Source: Alphaproteobacteria bacterium
GTDB taxonomy: Bacteria > Pseudomonadota > Alphaproteobacteria > SP197
Length of the DNA stretch: 64,000 nt
Assembly (NCBI GenBank): GCA_964291265.2
Contig: OZ219747.1
Coordinates: 1,120,001-1,184,000 of the forward strand
Direction of reading: 5' to 3'
In this document: positions 1-10,538 of the stretch, in pieces
Numbering within the stretch: the first letter of the stretch is position 1
Layout: every line of letters starts with the position of its first letter
The notes under the pieces: generated by a model
What the model saw: only the letters and a program-made list of their open reading frames with translations
Database searches by the model: none
Told to the model about the DNA's origin: nothing
Translations under genes and position numbers: made by a program

Positions 1-1
1 G

Positions 2-1531
2 AGTGCATGGACCAGCGAGTGGCACGACCGGTTCGCCGGGCTTGATGACGTCACGAGCGCCACCGGCCGGGCCCTGCTCACCGAAATCGACGAAGAGATT
101 TCGGGGTTCGATGATGAACGGCTGAGCGCTCTTGGTGCTGTCGTTGCCGCCATGCTGCGGATGCCCTTCGGGAACAGGGTGATCGATCATGTCAACGCCC
201 TGGTCGAACGCGAACTGCCACGTTTCCTCTACTTCGAGAACTACGGCGTACTCGACAGCGCCATCTGGCTGCCGGAGATGTTCAGGAACCTTGAACGCGA
301 AGAACCGGAGCCACGTTCCAGAACGGCGCTTGCCCTCTTCCGCCATGCGGGCCTGGACCCCCGGGAAATCGTGGCACTCGGCGTCACGGACAACAGGGTA
401 TCGGGCGAGGCGATGCAGCGCCAGATGGAGGAGCGGGCCATCCGGCTCAATGCCGCATCGGTCGACATCAGCCGCCGCTGTGCCGAACTGTGGTCGCAGC
501 GGCGCCATCGCATCCGCTATCACGTGGACGGAGACTATTTCCGCATCAAGGTCGCTGACGATTCACTGGAGGATGTGGAGATCGAACTGGAGTCCCGCGG
601 CAAGGGCTTCCAGTGGTTCCTCTCCTTCTTCCTCGTCTTTGCCGCGGAGTCCGGGGGCCGCATGGGTGATACCATCGTCCTCCTGGACGAGCCCGGTCTC
701 AGCCTTCACCCGACGGCACAGCGTGAACTGCTGGTGTTCTTCGAGCGTCTGTCCGCACAGAACCAGGTCATCTACACGACACATTCGCCGTTCCTTATCG
801 ACGGTGATCACCTTGAACGAGTGCGTCCGGTGTTCGAGGACGACACGGGACATGCCCGCATCCTCAGGGGTTCATGGCCCGCCCATCCGGAAACGGTCTT
901 CGCACTCAAGGCGGCCGCCGGGTATGCAATGTTCGATTCCCTGACGGAACAGGGCCGATCACTGCTTGTCGAACATGTCAGCGATGCCTGCTACCTGGAG
1001 GCGTTGCTGCAGCATTGCGCCCGGACCGGGAGGAGTGCGCTTGACGCATCCTTCGACGTGGTGCCCTGCGGCGGTGCGGCTGTGTGCGGCTACCTGGCAT
1101 CGCTTCTCATGGCCGAGAACCGTCGTCCCCTGATTCTCTTCGACGGCACCGACACCGCGCGTCTTCGCCGACATGGGCTGGTGCGGGAACTTCTTGACGA
1201 GGGAGACAGTTCGATCGTTCTTCTCGACGAGGCCCTTGGCTGGTCCGGGCATGACGTGTGTCTCGAGGACCTGTTCGGAGAGCGCATCATTCTCGAAGGC
1301 CTCGGAAGCGCGATCGGCATCCGCCTGTCGCTCGGTGAAGACGGACATCAGGCCAGCCTCGTCGGTCGCATCGAGAGCGCGGCGGCGGCAGCGAATGTCG
1401 CGCTGCCCCGTTCCTGGCGGCTGTCGACGGCCCTGGCGGTAACGTCTTCACAGGACTGCCTGCCGGACGACGTCCTCGATTCGGCCTCGCTTCTGTTCAC
1501 GAAGCTTGCCGGTGACGGCACGGGGCGGTGA
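2..1531 (+). CDS. OLD-family ATP-dependent nuclease (ABC/AAA ATPase + TOPRIM-like domain), 5' truncated by window edge
   Basis: Frame is open from base 2. Motifs SRGKGFQWFLSF (signature region), LLDEPGLSLHP (Walker B/D-loop) and YTTHSPF (H-loop), then TOPRIM-like LLVEHVSD...FDGTD. Walker A lies outside the window. Confidence 0.75.
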   Translation, partial: SAWTSEWHDRFAGLDDVTSATGRALLTEIDEEISGFDDERLSALGAVVAAMLRMPFGNRVIDHVNALVERELPRFLYFENYGVLDSAIWLPEMFRNLEREEPEPRSRTALALFRHAGLDPREIVALGVTDNRVSGEAMQRQMEERAIRLNAASVDISRRCAELWSQRRHRIRYHVDGDYFRIKVADDSLEDVEIELESRGKGFQWFLSFFLVFAAESGGRMGDTIVLLDEPGLSLHPTAQRELLVFFERLSAQNQVIYTTHSPFLIDGDHLERVRPVFEDDTGHARILRGSWPAHPETVFALKAAAGYAMFDSLTEQGRSLLVEHVSDACYLEALLQHCARTGRSALDASFDVVPCGGAAVCGYLASLLMAENRRPLILFDGTDTARLRRHGLVRELLDEGDSSIVLLDEALGWSGHDVCLEDLFGERIILEGLGSAIGIRLSLGEDGHQASLVGRIESAAAAANVALPRSWRLSTALAVTSSQDCLPDDVLDSASLLFTKLAGDGTGR

Positions 1532-1584
1532 ACGGCAGATTCGCCGTCACATAGGCACCTGCGGCCACTTCGGAACTGGCCCGA

Positions 1585-2059
1585 TTCGCCGCCAGCTGGC
1601 TGGGAGAGGAGGCCGCTTGTGTTCCCGGCCTCCCGCAGGCTCTCCACCGTGACATCGTCCGCATTCCCCGCGCTGATGGATTTCATGCCACGCTGAAGGC
1701 CTCGCTCATTCCCGCCCCGGGCACCACCGCAGATGCCCCGCCTCGGCGACGCTTCCCTGGCGGCGGACTTCACCGCATTCCGGGCACCGTCGCTGAACCT
1801 CGCCAGTGTCGGCGGGTTCCTCGTCCTGGTGCTGCGTGGGTCCTGCCTGGCCATGAGTGATCTGGCGAAGGCGTGCGTGCCGGAACTCGACCACTTCCGC
1901 GCGCCGCTGGCCGACAGCGAACGGAAACGCCGTCGACCGCAAGGCCTGACAGCGCGCCGGGTCTATCCCTTTGTCCTCGACGAACTCCGCTTTCACATGA
2001 CGCTGATCCGGCGTCTCGATGAGGACCTGCGCGCCCGCATCGCCGGCCTGCTGGGATAG
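1585..2059 (+). pseudogene. DUF1045 (phosphonate-metabolism associated) protein remnant
   Basis: Family motifs SWLG, GFHATLKA (from 1678) and YPFVLDELRFHMTL (ORF 1733-2059) lie in different frames, with intervening sequence missing. Confidence 0.6.
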
Positions 2060-2900
2060 CGGATGGCAGGCGTCGTCGGGCAGGATTGGTGTTGTCGACT
2101 GAGTCTCCTCTTCCACCAGGCATCGCGCGACGAGCCCTTCACCATGAAGGCACGCTTTCACCTTGGACAGCCCGGGAGGTGACGAGTCGCTCAGGTTGCA
2201 GCATCGTCGTCACGCTCAGTGTGTGGTCAGCCTTCAGTGCAGGGCAGCGGGAAGAACCCGAGCAACATCAGACAGCGTTGCGGGACTGTCTTGTTGCTCC
2301 GTCGATTCCTGATGACGGGAAGCCGGAATTGAATCCACTCCCGGTTGAAAATCGGCAGTTTGACGACTGCCTATCTGACAAGAGATCGGAGACGCTGTCC
2401 CATGCAAGGCCTCCCCATGCGCAACATGAGGCACGCCGAAACCCTTCCGGAGTCCGCGCCGTCATCAGGCAGGTCGACGGAAGGCTCCACTCCTCGTGGC
2501 GGTGAACGCGGCGCATGTCAGCCAGGCGTTATGCGGAGTGCAACAACGGCGGATGCCGCCCCGCGTCCGTCGCAGACGACTTTCACATGCGTGGCCTCTT
2601 GGCCATGCGGCCCGCAACATCAGGTGTCGGGGAGAGGCGCCTGCACGGGACAAGGAGCGTTGCGGTCAGGCACCCCGATGATCCGCGAAACGGATCGGAT
2701 CCTGGCGGCATGAGCCTTTCAGTCAAGGACAAGTCCCATAACCCGGGTCTCATCCGCCGATACCGCGAGCATTTCGACCCGGTCGGTCTCGGAGCGGACC
2801 TTGTCGATCAGGTGATCCGGCGAGGCCGTTTGCATTGACTCCGTGAAACGGCTATAAGCATCAACGGCAGGAAACTTCGTTTCATCAGAGGAAACAAGCC

Positions 2901-3812
2901 ATGTGTGGAATTGCCGGTATCCTGTTGAAGAATGAGGCCAGTGGAATCGATGCCGGCACGGCGCTGATCGACATGCTCGACGGCTGTCAGCACCGGGGCC
3001 CGGACTCCACGGGTTTCGCCCTCTACGAGAGCGGCGAGCAGGGCCAGCTGAAACTGCGGTTTCATGTCGGTTCCGACAACGAGGCGGGAGACGCCATCGC
3101 CGCCCTGAAGGAGGTCTTCGACGAACACGGCGCCAGGGTGATCGAGGAAGGGCGCATCGCCGGCAGCTATCGCGTCGTGGTGCGTTTCAGCGGTGATCTG
3201 CAGAAGTTCTCATACGCCGTGGAACACGCTGCCAAGGTGGTGTCGATCGGAGAGAGCCTGGAGATCGTCAAGGATGTCGGCGGCGCCCATGACGTCGATG
3301 ACACCTATGACGTCCACCAGTTCAGGGGCTCGCACGGTCTCGGACATGTGCGCCTTGCCACCGAATCGGATGTCAAGCCGGAGGCCTCGCACCCGTTCTG
3401 GGCCACCGGGTTTGCCGATGTCGCGATTGTCCACAACGGGCAGATCACGAACTACTGGAAGATGCGCCGGCGCCTCGAGCGCCGCGGCTTCGCTTTCGCG
3501 ACGGACAACGACAGTGAACTCATCGCCGTCTATCTCGCCGACAAGCTGAACCAGGGGGTTCCCCTGAAGGACTCGCTCGCCTCGACCATCGACGACATGG
3601 ACGGGACGTTCTCGTTCCTCGTGTCGACCCGTGACGAGATTGGCTATGCGAAGGACCGGCTTGCCGCAAAGCCGATGATCATGTTCGAGAACGACGATCT
3701 CATTGCCATTGCCTCGGAAGAGGTCTCGCTCAACCGCCTGTTCCCGGGCCGCGCGCTTGATACCCGTGAACCGCCTCCGGGAAGCTACAGCACATGGTCA
3801 CGATCGATCTGA
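2901..3812 (+). CDS. Class II glutamine amidotransferase (GlxB/MgsA-like, N-methylglutamate synthase subunit A family)
   Basis: N-terminal MCGIAG (catalytic Cys), HRGPDS, GHVRLATES, HNGQITN, DSE; upstream of GlxC/GlxD-like gene. Confidence 0.88.
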   Translation: MCGIAGILLKNEASGIDAGTALIDMLDGCQHRGPDSTGFALYESGEQGQLKLRFHVGSDNEAGDAIAALKEVFDEHGARVIEEGRIAGSYRVVVRFSGDLQKFSYAVEHAAKVVSIGESLEIVKDVGGAHDVDDTYDVHQFRGSHGLGHVRLATESDVKPEASHPFWATGFADVAIVHNGQITNYWKMRRRLERRGFAFATDNDSELIAVYLADKLNQGVPLKDSLASTIDDMDGTFSFLVSTRDEIGYAKDRLAAKPMIMFENDDLIAIASEEVSLNRLFPGRALDTREPPPGSYSTWSRSI

Positions 3813-5767
3813 AGGACCTGTCGACCCGCGAAGCCAACGAGGGCATTCGCGAGGCGGCGGCCAGGGGCTCCGCCATCGAGGTTCTCAACCCCGATGCACG
3901 CCATCATATCGGTGTCGGTGTCATCCATGCGGTTGACATTCATGTCCGTGGCTCGGCCGGATACTTCTGCGCCGGACTGACAGACACCCCCCGCTTTCAC
4001 ATCGAACGAAACGCCGGCTGGGGACTGGCCGACAACATGTACCGGGGATCTGTCGTCGTCGGCGGCAACGCCGGCGCCATAGCCGGAGTGGCGATTCGCG
4101 GCGCCGAGGTTGTGATCAAGGGCAACATGGGATCACGGGCCGGGCAGGTCATGAAGAAGGGAACGTTGCTGTGCTGCGGCAACGCCAGTTTCATGGCCGG
4201 TTACATGATGTATGGCGGGCGCATGATCATTCTCGGTAAATCGGGCGAGCGCCTCGGTGAGGACATGACGGGAGGAGAGATCTTCCTTGGCGGTGACCTG
4301 GTGTCACTGGGATCCGATGCCATGGTCACCGATATCGCGGAAGACGAGATCGACGACATCAGGGCCTTCCTCGACCGCCATGAAGTTCCCTTCCGGGGCC
4401 GTTTCCGCAAGATCGTGAATGCCGGAAAGAAGTTGCGCTACGGTACGCCGGAACAACAGGTGCGTTCGATTCCCTACTTTCATTTTTCCGGCGACAGCGA
4501 CTACTGGAATCACAAGGTCCAGGAAGACGTCTACATCAAGTCCCAGATCGGCCGCTACCGGGTGAGGGGATACGGTGGCGCCCGCGAACTGCCGCACCTG
4601 GCGGATCTCGCCTTCGCCAGGGACATCGTTCCTGGTGCCGTCGGCGACGATCCGGTCTCCAGGGTCAGGATGCACACGCTGGTCGGCGGCAAGAACGGCG
4701 CCAGACCCCTTGATCTGACGATGCCCGTTCTCATCGCTCCCATGAGCTACGGTGCCCTCTCCCGGTCCGCCAAGCAAGCGGTCGCCATCGCCTCGGGCAT
4801 GGCGGGAATCGCGGAGAACACCGGGGAAGGCGGCATGAGCGATGCCCAGCGCGATGCGGCAGGCCAGCTCATCTTCCAGATGCTCGGTGGCCGTCTTGGC
4901 TGGAACATCCACGACATGAACCGGGCGGATGGCCTGGAGATCTATATTTCCCAGGGCGCCAAGCCGGGGTTCGGCGGTCAGCTCATGGCCAAGAAGGTGA
5001 CGAAGGAGCTGGCCGAGATCCGCGGCATTCCGGCTGGCATCGACCTTCGCTCACCGTCTCGCCATCCCGACATCCTGGGTGCCGACGATCTTGTCATCAA
5101 GGTCGAGGAATTGCGCGAGGCGACGGGCTACCGCCTGCCGGTCAGCGTCAAGCTGGGGGCAGGGCGGATTCACGACGACATCAAGATTGCCGTCAAGGAC
5201 GGCTTCGATTTTGTCGAGCTCGACGGCATGCAGGGCTCCACCGGAGCCGGGGGTGCCGAGGTGATGGAGTATGTCGGCATCCCGACCATTTCTGCCATCT
5301 GCGAGGCGGAACGCGCCCTTGCGTCCATAGGGCGCCGCCAGGACATCGAGATCGTCCTCATGGGTGGGCTGAGAGACGGGGTCGACGCCGTCAAGGCGAT
5401 GTGTCTGGGGGCCGACGCCGTGGCGCTGGGGACTGCCGCCATCATCGCCGGTGGCTGCATCGCCTGCATGCAGTGTCATGTCGGCCAGTGTGTCACCGGT
5501 ATCGCCACCCAGGATCCGGACCACGAGAAGCGCTACAAGCCCGAGGTCGAGGCGCAGCACATCTACACCTTCCTGGAAAGCGTGCGCTGGCAGATTGCGG
5601 CCGTCACCCATGGTCTGGGATATGATGATGTACGCGGTCCCTGCCGCGATGATCTCGTGGCTCTCACGCCCGAGGCGGCCGAGATCACCGGCCTTCCTCT
5701 GCGTCCCGAACGCCGGAATGCGGGGTTCCCCGAAATCGATGCCGCGATGGAACGGGCTCTTCGATGA
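3794..5767 (+). CDS. Fused GXGXG beta-helix (GlxC/MgsB-like) + FMN-binding glutamate synthase domain (GlxD/MgsC-like)
   Basis: N-terminal glycine repeats (GSAGYFCAG, GNAGAIAG, GNMGSRAG); C-terminal MSYGALS, NTGEGG, SQGAKPGFGG and CIACMQCHVGQC [3Fe-4S] motif. Confidence 0.88.
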   Translation: MVTIDLKDLSTREANEGIREAAARGSAIEVLNPDARHHIGVGVIHAVDIHVRGSAGYFCAGLTDTPRFHIERNAGWGLADNMYRGSVVVGGNAGAIAGVAIRGAEVVIKGNMGSRAGQVMKKGTLLCCGNASFMAGYMMYGGRMIILGKSGERLGEDMTGGEIFLGGDLVSLGSDAMVTDIAEDEIDDIRAFLDRHEVPFRGRFRKIVNAGKKLRYGTPEQQVRSIPYFHFSGDSDYWNHKVQEDVYIKSQIGRYRVRGYGGARELPHLADLAFARDIVPGAVGDDPVSRVRMHTLVGGKNGARPLDLTMPVLIAPMSYGALSRSAKQAVAIASGMAGIAENTGEGGMSDAQRDAAGQLIFQMLGGRLGWNIHDMNRADGLEIYISQGAKPGFGGQLMAKKVTKELAEIRGIPAGIDLRSPSRHPDILGADDLVIKVEELREATGYRLPVSVKLGAGRIHDDIKIAVKDGFDFVELDGMQGSTGAGGAEVMEYVGIPTISAICEAERALASIGRRQDIEIVLMGGLRDGVDAVKAMCLGADAVALGTAAIIAGGCIACMQCHVGQCVTGIATQDPDHEKRYKPEVEAQHIYTFLESVRWQIAAVTHGLGYDDVRGPCRDDLVALTPEAAEITGLPLRPERRNAGFPEIDAAMERALR

Positions 5768-8280
5768 TCGACGCCAGTCCTGTGCCGGAACAGCTCGCGG
5801 ACGATACTGCCGACCGGCATTTCGTACCCGCTCCCTGCCAGATCGCCTGCCCGGTCGGCACGGATGCACCATCCTACATCGCCCACATCTGGGAGGGCAG
5901 GTTTGCCGAGGCCTTCGAGGCCATCACGGCGACCAACCCCTTCAGTTCGATCTGCGGGCGCGTCTGCGATGCACCCTGTGAACCGGCGTGCCGGCGTGCC
6001 GCAAGCGACGGTCCCTTGCAGATCCGCAATCTCAAGCGCTTCGTCATGGAAAAGCTCGGCGCCGAGTGGGTGCCGGCGGCGGCGGAGGTCACCCGTGAAG
6101 AGAGTATCGGCATCGTTGGAGCCGGACCCGCCGGACTGGTGGCGGCCCACGATCTTGCCGTCGCCGGGTTCAGGGTTGATGTCTACGAGATGACCGACCG
6201 TCCCGGCGGCATGATGATCTGGGGCATTCCCGCGTTTCGCCTGCCTGCCGGCACCCTGCGCGAGGACATGGAGAGGCTGAAGGCCCGCTGTCCTGGTCTC
6301 ACCATCCACACGAACGTTGCCCTGGGCCGGGACATCACGCTGTCCGGGCTCAAGGACCGCCACGATGCAGTGGGGCTGACCATCGGTTCCTGGTGGGGCA
6401 AGACCATGGGGATCCCGGGCGAGGATGACGACCGCGTGATTGATGGCGTCGAGTTCCTGCGCCGGGTCAACGCGGGAGAACGCCCCGAAATGCCCGCAAC
6501 GGTCGTCGTCATTGGCGGCGGTGATGTCGCCATGGACGCCTGTCGTGCCGCCCTGCGCCTGCCGGGATGCGAGGAGGTCAAGGTCATCTACCGCCGTGGT
6601 CCGGAAGACATCCCGGCACGAAAGATCGAACTCGAGGGCGCCATCGAGGAAGGCATCGAGTTCATCTACAACACGCAGCAGGTCAGGGTTCTCTCCGACA
6701 ACGAGGATCACCTGAGATTGCGCTGTGTCCGCACCAGAGCCGGTGAACCGGATGCAGATGGCCGCCGGCGACCGGTGACGATCGAGGGGGCCGAGCATGA
6801 CGTCATCTGCGGCATGGTCATCGCTGCGGTCGGGCAGTACGGCGCCTGCGAAGATCCCGCCACGCGGGACCTCATGTCCGGCGATCGCGTGCGGACCGAC
6901 TGGGAGACCATGCGGACCGATGATCCGCAGGTCTTTGCCGCCGGTGACGGCGCCTTCGGGGGCTCGACCATCGTCATGGCCATGAGCCATGGCCAGCGGC
7001 TTGCCTACTACATCAAGGCATGGCTCGAAGGCATCGATGATCCTGTTCCCTATCGTACGCCATGGAGGACGCGGCGCGTGCCGGTGGCCCAGGACCTCAA
7101 GTGGGAACTCCTGGGCCTGCACCATCCGCCGTTCCACGGTGTGGGTGACAATCCGGTTGCGTTCCCGGAAATCGAGTCGACCTACACCTGGGAGGAGGCG
7201 CGCAACGAGGCGGCGAGATGCTATCGCTGTGACGCCGAGACAGGCTCGGCCGACTACTCCGTCGCCAACCGCGAAGACATCTTCCTGATGGCGCGGACGA
7301 AGCGCGAAGACACAGAGCGTCAAGTTGGCATGCTGGCCAAGCGCCTGCGGTCGCGTGACAATCCGTTTCCCGGGGATCGTCCGGCCACGGTCGACGACCT
7401 CGTTTTCCTGCCGGCCAATCTGTCGAGGCTGGTGATCGACCCCTATCGCGAGGCCTGCAGGGTGGCGACGAACCTCGGTGCCGGACGGATGGAGGTGGCG
7501 CAGCCCTTCTTCGTGTCAGGCTTTGACAACGCACCGGCGGATGTGAGGCGCGGGGTTGGCCTGGGAATCTCGCAGGCGGCGGCAGGCTACATCGGCATGC
7601 GGCCGATCGCCGAGGACGTGCCGTGGTTCCAGCTGGTGGTGGAGGGACAGATTCCACCGCGGCACGAAGCCCGTGGCCTCATTCACGTCATCGGTCCACG
7701 CTTCGAGGCGCCAGCGCAGATCCGGCGGTTGCGCGAGAACCAGATCCTCGGGCTTGCGGTATCCCACAGGAGCGCTCTCGAGGATGCCATCCGTTTCGCA
7801 CTCGATCAGGGTCTCGATGTCCTGTTGGTCAACGGCAACACCGCCACCGGGTGCGACTGGCCGGAACTCACTGGCGCTCCCGACCTCTCGCTCATGCGCG
7901 ACACCATTGCCTGCCTGCGTCGGCTCGACATGGAAGAGGAAATCGACATCCTCTGGTTCGGCGGCCTGCGTTCCGGGACGGATGCCGCCAAGTTCATCGC
8001 CATGGGAGCGAAGTCGCTGGTCTTCGGCATGACGGTGGCCCTGGCCGCCGGAGCCGAGTTCGACGAATCCCACCGGCTTCGGTTCGCCCCGGACATCACG
8101 GTCGACGAGTGCTCTCGGGCGGTCGCCAACATCCTCAAGTCGGCGGCGGGAGAGGCCTCGATGATGGCCCGCTGCACCGGCAAGACCAATCTCCACAACC
8201 TGGAGCCCGAGGACCTGCGCGCCCTCACGCTCGCCACCGCCGAGGCCACCGGACTGGTCCTTGCCGGACACACGCACTGA
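5764..8280 (+). CDS. GltD-like FAD/NAD(P)H Fe-S oxidoreductase fused to a degenerate glutamate synthase FMN-barrel domain
   Basis: PCQIACP, CGRVCDAPCE, GAGPAG, GGGDVAMD, FAAGD, EAARCYRC; the C-terminal ~300 aa resemble GlxD (GGLRSGTDAAKFIAMGA, ARCTGKTNLHNLEPEDL). Confidence 0.82.
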   Translation: MIDASPVPEQLADDTADRHFVPAPCQIACPVGTDAPSYIAHIWEGRFAEAFEAITATNPFSSICGRVCDAPCEPACRRAASDGPLQIRNLKRFVMEKLGAEWVPAAAEVTREESIGIVGAGPAGLVAAHDLAVAGFRVDVYEMTDRPGGMMIWGIPAFRLPAGTLREDMERLKARCPGLTIHTNVALGRDITLSGLKDRHDAVGLTIGSWWGKTMGIPGEDDDRVIDGVEFLRRVNAGERPEMPATVVVIGGGDVAMDACRAALRLPGCEEVKVIYRRGPEDIPARKIELEGAIEEGIEFIYNTQQVRVLSDNEDHLRLRCVRTRAGEPDADGRRRPVTIEGAEHDVICGMVIAAVGQYGACEDPATRDLMSGDRVRTDWETMRTDDPQVFAAGDGAFGGSTIVMAMSHGQRLAYYIKAWLEGIDDPVPYRTPWRTRRVPVAQDLKWELLGLHHPPFHGVGDNPVAFPEIESTYTWEEARNEAARCYRCDAETGSADYSVANREDIFLMARTKREDTERQVGMLAKRLRSRDNPFPGDRPATVDDLVFLPANLSRLVIDPYREACRVATNLGAGRMEVAQPFFVSGFDNAPADVRRGVGLGISQAAAGYIGMRPIAEDVPWFQLVVEGQIPPRHEARGLIHVIGPRFEAPAQIRRLRENQILGLAVSHRSALEDAIRFALDQGLDVLLVNGNTATGCDWPELTGAPDLSLMRDTIACLRRLDMEEEIDILWFGGLRSGTDAAKFIAMGAKSLVFGMTVALAAGAEFDESHRLRFAPDITVDECSRAVANILKSAAGEASMMARCTGKTNLHNLEPEDLRALTLATAEATGLVLAGHTH

Positions 8281-8339
8281 CGACCGCTATCAGGTTCTTC
8301 CTGCGCGACCCTCGAATGGTTCGGCGCTGAATGCCGTCT

Positions 8340-8909
8340 TCAGGATCGTGTGGCGGAGGCAAGATCGACGACCCTCGGGTCGTATCCGCAGGCCGCAAGA
8401 AAGCGCCGGAGATCGTGCGGAAGGAGAGCTGTCGTCCGATTGTTGACGAGCGGATGCAGGTTGACGAGGTCCGCTTCCATGATGGCGTGATCGATGACGA
8501 CACCGATCTGCTCGCCGGTGTCATTGATCAGGGCGAGGGGAGTCACGGCCCCGGGCTCGACGCCGAGTATGTCACGCACCCGTTCGGGGCGGGCGAAACT
8601 CAGGCGCGCCGAGCCGATCAGTCCGGCAAGGGCCTTGAGGTCGAGTTCGCGCGATTCCTCGACCACGGTGAGCCAAAGCCGTGCCTTCCTGTCCTTGAAG
8701 AACAGTGTCTTGCAGTGAATTCCCGGGAGGCTGCCAGCCGTGCCTTCCTGTCCTTGAAGAACAGTGTCGCAGTGAATTCCCGGGAGGCTGCCACGCAGCG
8801 CGCGGTTGTCGGCCACCGTGTGCACGGGTTGATGTTCATGGGTCGTGCACGGGATGCCGAGCTCGCCGAGTCTGGCCAGCAGGTCGCCGGGTGTTGCCTT
8901 GCCTGGCAT
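8340..8909 (-). CDS. proX: Prolyl-tRNA editing protein (YbaK/ProX family) with a 19-aa internal insertion
   Basis: HQPVHTV, CKTLFFKDRK, RLSFA, LGVEPGAVTPLALIND, HPLVN motifs; start could alternatively be 8930. Confidence 0.85.
   Translation of the reverse strand: MPGKATPGDLLARLGELGIPCTTHEHQPVHTVADNRALRGSLPGIHCDTVLQGQEGTAGSLPGIHCKTLFFKDRKARLWLTVVEESRELDLKALAGLIGSARLSFARPERVRDILGVEPGAVTPLALINDTGEQIGVVIDHAIMEADLVNLHPLVNNRTTALLPHDLRRFLAACGYDPRVVDLASATRS
8677..8792. repeat. Tandem duplication: 59-bp copy (8677-8735) + 57-bp copy (8736-8792)
   Basis: AGCCGTGCCTTCCTGTCCTTGAAGAACAGTGTC(TT)GCAGTGAATTCCCGGGAGGCTGCC occurs twice; the second copy lacks TT. Confidence 0.95.
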
Positions 8910-9062
8910 CGTCGTCGTCGGTCGGTTCATGGGACATGTCATCCACTCAGGGGGGCAATCAGGTGGCGGCTTTCCGGCCATCGACAAATGTCCTACACTT
9001 CCGGAGACCTGCCGCAAGGGTCCCTGAACACTCGTCGATCATACTTGGGAGGATCCAGGGAG

Positions 9063-10511
9063 ATGACTGATCAATTGAGTTCGCTGACGATCATCTTCAC
9101 GGAATTCTACTACTGGGTCACAGTCGTCATCATGTTCCTGATCCATGTAGGATTCTGTGTCTACGAGGTCGGCGCGTCGCGCCGCAAGAATCTGCAGCAC
9201 ACGTTGATGAAGAACACGATGCTGATCCCTCTGGTCACCATCACGTTCTTCTATTTTGGCTGGTGGATCTATTTCGCCTTCCCCCACTTCCCGATGATGG
9301 GCGGATTTCTCGATGCACCCTTCGCCGTGCCGTGGTCCGAGGTCATGGGCACCCACATGGGTGGTGCGGTCACCGTTCAGACCTCGAGTCTGACGGCGGA
9401 CGACACCATGTACTGGTCACGCATCAACGGGGTCTTCTGGGCAGCGTTCCTGCTGTTCTCGTGGACCACCGCGTCCATTGTCTCCGGCGCCGTCATCGAA
9501 CGCATCAAGACCCAGGCGTTCCTGCTGGCGGTGGTTCTTGTCGGTTCGGTGACATGGATCATCGATGCCGCCTGGGGCTGGAGCTGGAATGGCTGGATGG
9601 TGCAGCTGTGGGGCTATCACGATGCCTACGCATCCTCGGTGGTGCACGGCATTGCCGGTGGCTCGGCGCTGGGCATCCTGGTCGTACTGGGTCCCAGACT
9701 CGGCAAGTTCGCGGCCGATGGTACGCCTCGCGACATACCTCAGAACAACCCCTGGCTCGTCACGGTCGGGCTGTTCCTGATCTACACCGGGTTCTGGGGG
9801 TTCTATGCCGCATGCAACATTCCCATCCTCGACTACACCGCTGATGTCATGGGAGCCGAAGGCGACCCCTTCTTCACGGCGACCAACATCTATCTGACAC
9901 CGACATCGCTTTCCGCCATTACCTTCAACTTCCTGATGTCGCTCTCTGGCGGCCTCCTGGCGGGCTATCTGGTCTCGCGGGGCCAGCCGTTCTGGAGCTA
10001 TTCTGGCGGTCTTGCGGGCGTCATCTGTGCGTCCGCGGGCAACGACCTCTACCATCCGATCGAGTCGATGATCATCGCCATGATCGGTGTGTGGATCGCC
10101 TACAGGATGCACCACTGGGTGGAGCGGAAGTTCAAGATCGACGATGCGGTGGGGGCCGTTGCCGTGCACGGTTATGCCGGTTTCGCGGGAACAGTGATCG
10201 CCGGCTTCATGCTCTGGGGCTATCCCTCCAACGTCGCCTACGAAGCAGGGGGCTGGTTCGGCAACACCGACGGTGTGGCATCCATCAATCCGCTCGGCAA
10301 TTTCCTCGGCGCCATGTTGATGTTCTGGCTCCTTGGCTTCCTGCCCTGCTGGGCGCTGGCCAAGGTCCTCGATGGCCTGGGCTGGCTGCGTGTGCCGCGC
10401 GAAGTCGAGCTTGCCGGTCTCGACACCCATGACTACGGGGATGCCTTCCCGTATCACGCCTATCGGGACACGGCGATGGAAGACATTGACCGCGATCTCG
10501 CGAAGAACTGA
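9063..10511 (+). CDS. amt: Ammonium/methylammonium transporter (Amt family)
   Basis: Hydrophobic multi-TM protein with SIVSGAVIER, HDAYASSVVH, LGPRLGKF, IDDAVGAVAVHG; GGGAG RBS before ATG 9063. Confidence 0.9.
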   Translation: MTDQLSSLTIIFTEFYYWVTVVIMFLIHVGFCVYEVGASRRKNLQHTLMKNTMLIPLVTITFFYFGWWIYFAFPHFPMMGGFLDAPFAVPWSEVMGTHMGGAVTVQTSSLTADDTMYWSRINGVFWAAFLLFSWTTASIVSGAVIERIKTQAFLLAVVLVGSVTWIIDAAWGWSWNGWMVQLWGYHDAYASSVVHGIAGGSALGILVVLGPRLGKFAADGTPRDIPQNNPWLVTVGLFLIYTGFWGFYAACNIPILDYTADVMGAEGDPFFTATNIYLTPTSLSAITFNFLMSLSGGLLAGYLVSRGQPFWSYSGGLAGVICASAGNDLYHPIESMIIAMIGVWIAYRMHHWVERKFKIDDAVGAVAVHGYAGFAGTVIAGFMLWGYPSNVAYEAGGWFGNTDGVASINPLGNFLGAMLMFWLLGFLPCWALAKVLDGLGWLRVPREVELAGLDTHDYGDAFPYHAYRDTAMEDIDRDLAKN

Positions 10512-10538
10512 GCGGTCCCGGAAAGGAGACAGGAAACC

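Noticed and set aside
5563-7323. Long antisense ORFs (also 18578-20539, 32769-34400, 62245-63900)
   Set aside because: Expected shadows of high-GC coding genes on the opposite strand.
8331-9062. Long N-terminal extension of Amt (726-aa ORF)
   Set aside because: It is the antisense shadow of proX; the RBS and Amt homology start at 9063.
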